From Anthoceros angustus (taxonomy: Eukaryota; Plantae; Anthocerotophyta), in the NCBI GenBank assembly GCA_010909165.1, contig MU008187.1:1-61020 (forward strand): DNA of 61,020 bases, read 5' to 3'. The translations under genes and the position numbers were made by a program. Every line of letters begins with the position of its first letter. Within the stretch, counting starts at the first letter, position 1. Below the pieces are notes generated by a model that had not been told where the DNA came from, did not search any database, and worked only from the letters and a program-made list of their open reading frames with translations. Positions 60,540 to 61,020 of the stretch are shown here, one piece after another.

Positions 60540-61020
60540 CCATCGAGGACAAACGGTAGACAGGCGATACTATATTTTGTTTATCGACTACAGCGGGGAA
60601 AGCGTGTACTTCCTGCGGAAGAAGTGGCTCTCCAAGCATTTCGGATGTTCGAGGCATGCGGAGAAACAAAAAAGAAGTTGAAGAAACTTGACGATGGGGA
60701 GGAGAGTATTTGAGTAAACTCTTCAAGGATGAATGCACACGGCCGGTGAGAGAGGCACTTGATGACAAGGTACATAGCAGGCGAGGATATCGGCGGAAGA
60801 ATCGTACCATCTGCAATGGCGCTAGGAGTATGCTAGCGGAAAGCGGATGCCAAAATATTTTTGATGGCGTTGCAGCGGCCTGTCTGAGAATATGTCAATT
60901 ACCATGGCGCTAGGTGGCTCTATGACACCCCATGAAGCTTGGTTTGGTGAGAAACCAAATGTCTCACACTTGAGAGTGTTTGGTCAGTAGCATATGTGCA
61001 TGTTCCTCGCAAGCTGTGGA
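60540..61020 (+). pseudogene. pol: Ty1/Copia integrase remnant, frameshifted, running off the window
   Basis: YF..IDY..K..YFLRKK, DDG.GEYLSKLFKDEC, RKNRTICNGARSMLAESG, MTPHEAWFGEKPNVSHLRVFG..AYVHVP. Confidence 0.85.

Overview
Eukaryotic, repeat-dominated window with no intact host gene that I can recognise. The 18S fragment carries the green-plant 3' signature TTCTCCTTCCTCTAAATGATAAGGTTCA (as read on +), so the source is probably a streptophyte plant (inference). Main contents: (1) many decayed pieces of one non-chromoviral Ty3/Gypsy family. These include a two-LTR element at 45558-58851 (minus) with giant 4-5 kb LTRs, a tRNA-Asp-type PBS, a PPT and an integrase remnant, but no recognisable RT. 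(2) An orphan, diverged rDNA fragment (18S 3' end-ITS1-5.8S-ITS2-26S 5' end) at about 15160-16272. (3) A block of about 17 kb (17.5-34.8 kb) with no recognisable LTR-element sequence. It holds a frameshifted DUF7869-type (possibly Sola-like) DDD/E transposase, two spliced gene relics and a ParB/Sulfiredoxin-like gene relic. (4) A young-looking but 5'-truncated Ty1/Copia element (34833-39215) with a nearly intact pol and an antisense ORF between RNase H and the PPT. (5) Two older Copia remnants and several palindromic or tandem arrays. All calls rest on motif recognition and by-eye alignment; no database search was run, and most boundaries of decayed elements are approximate.
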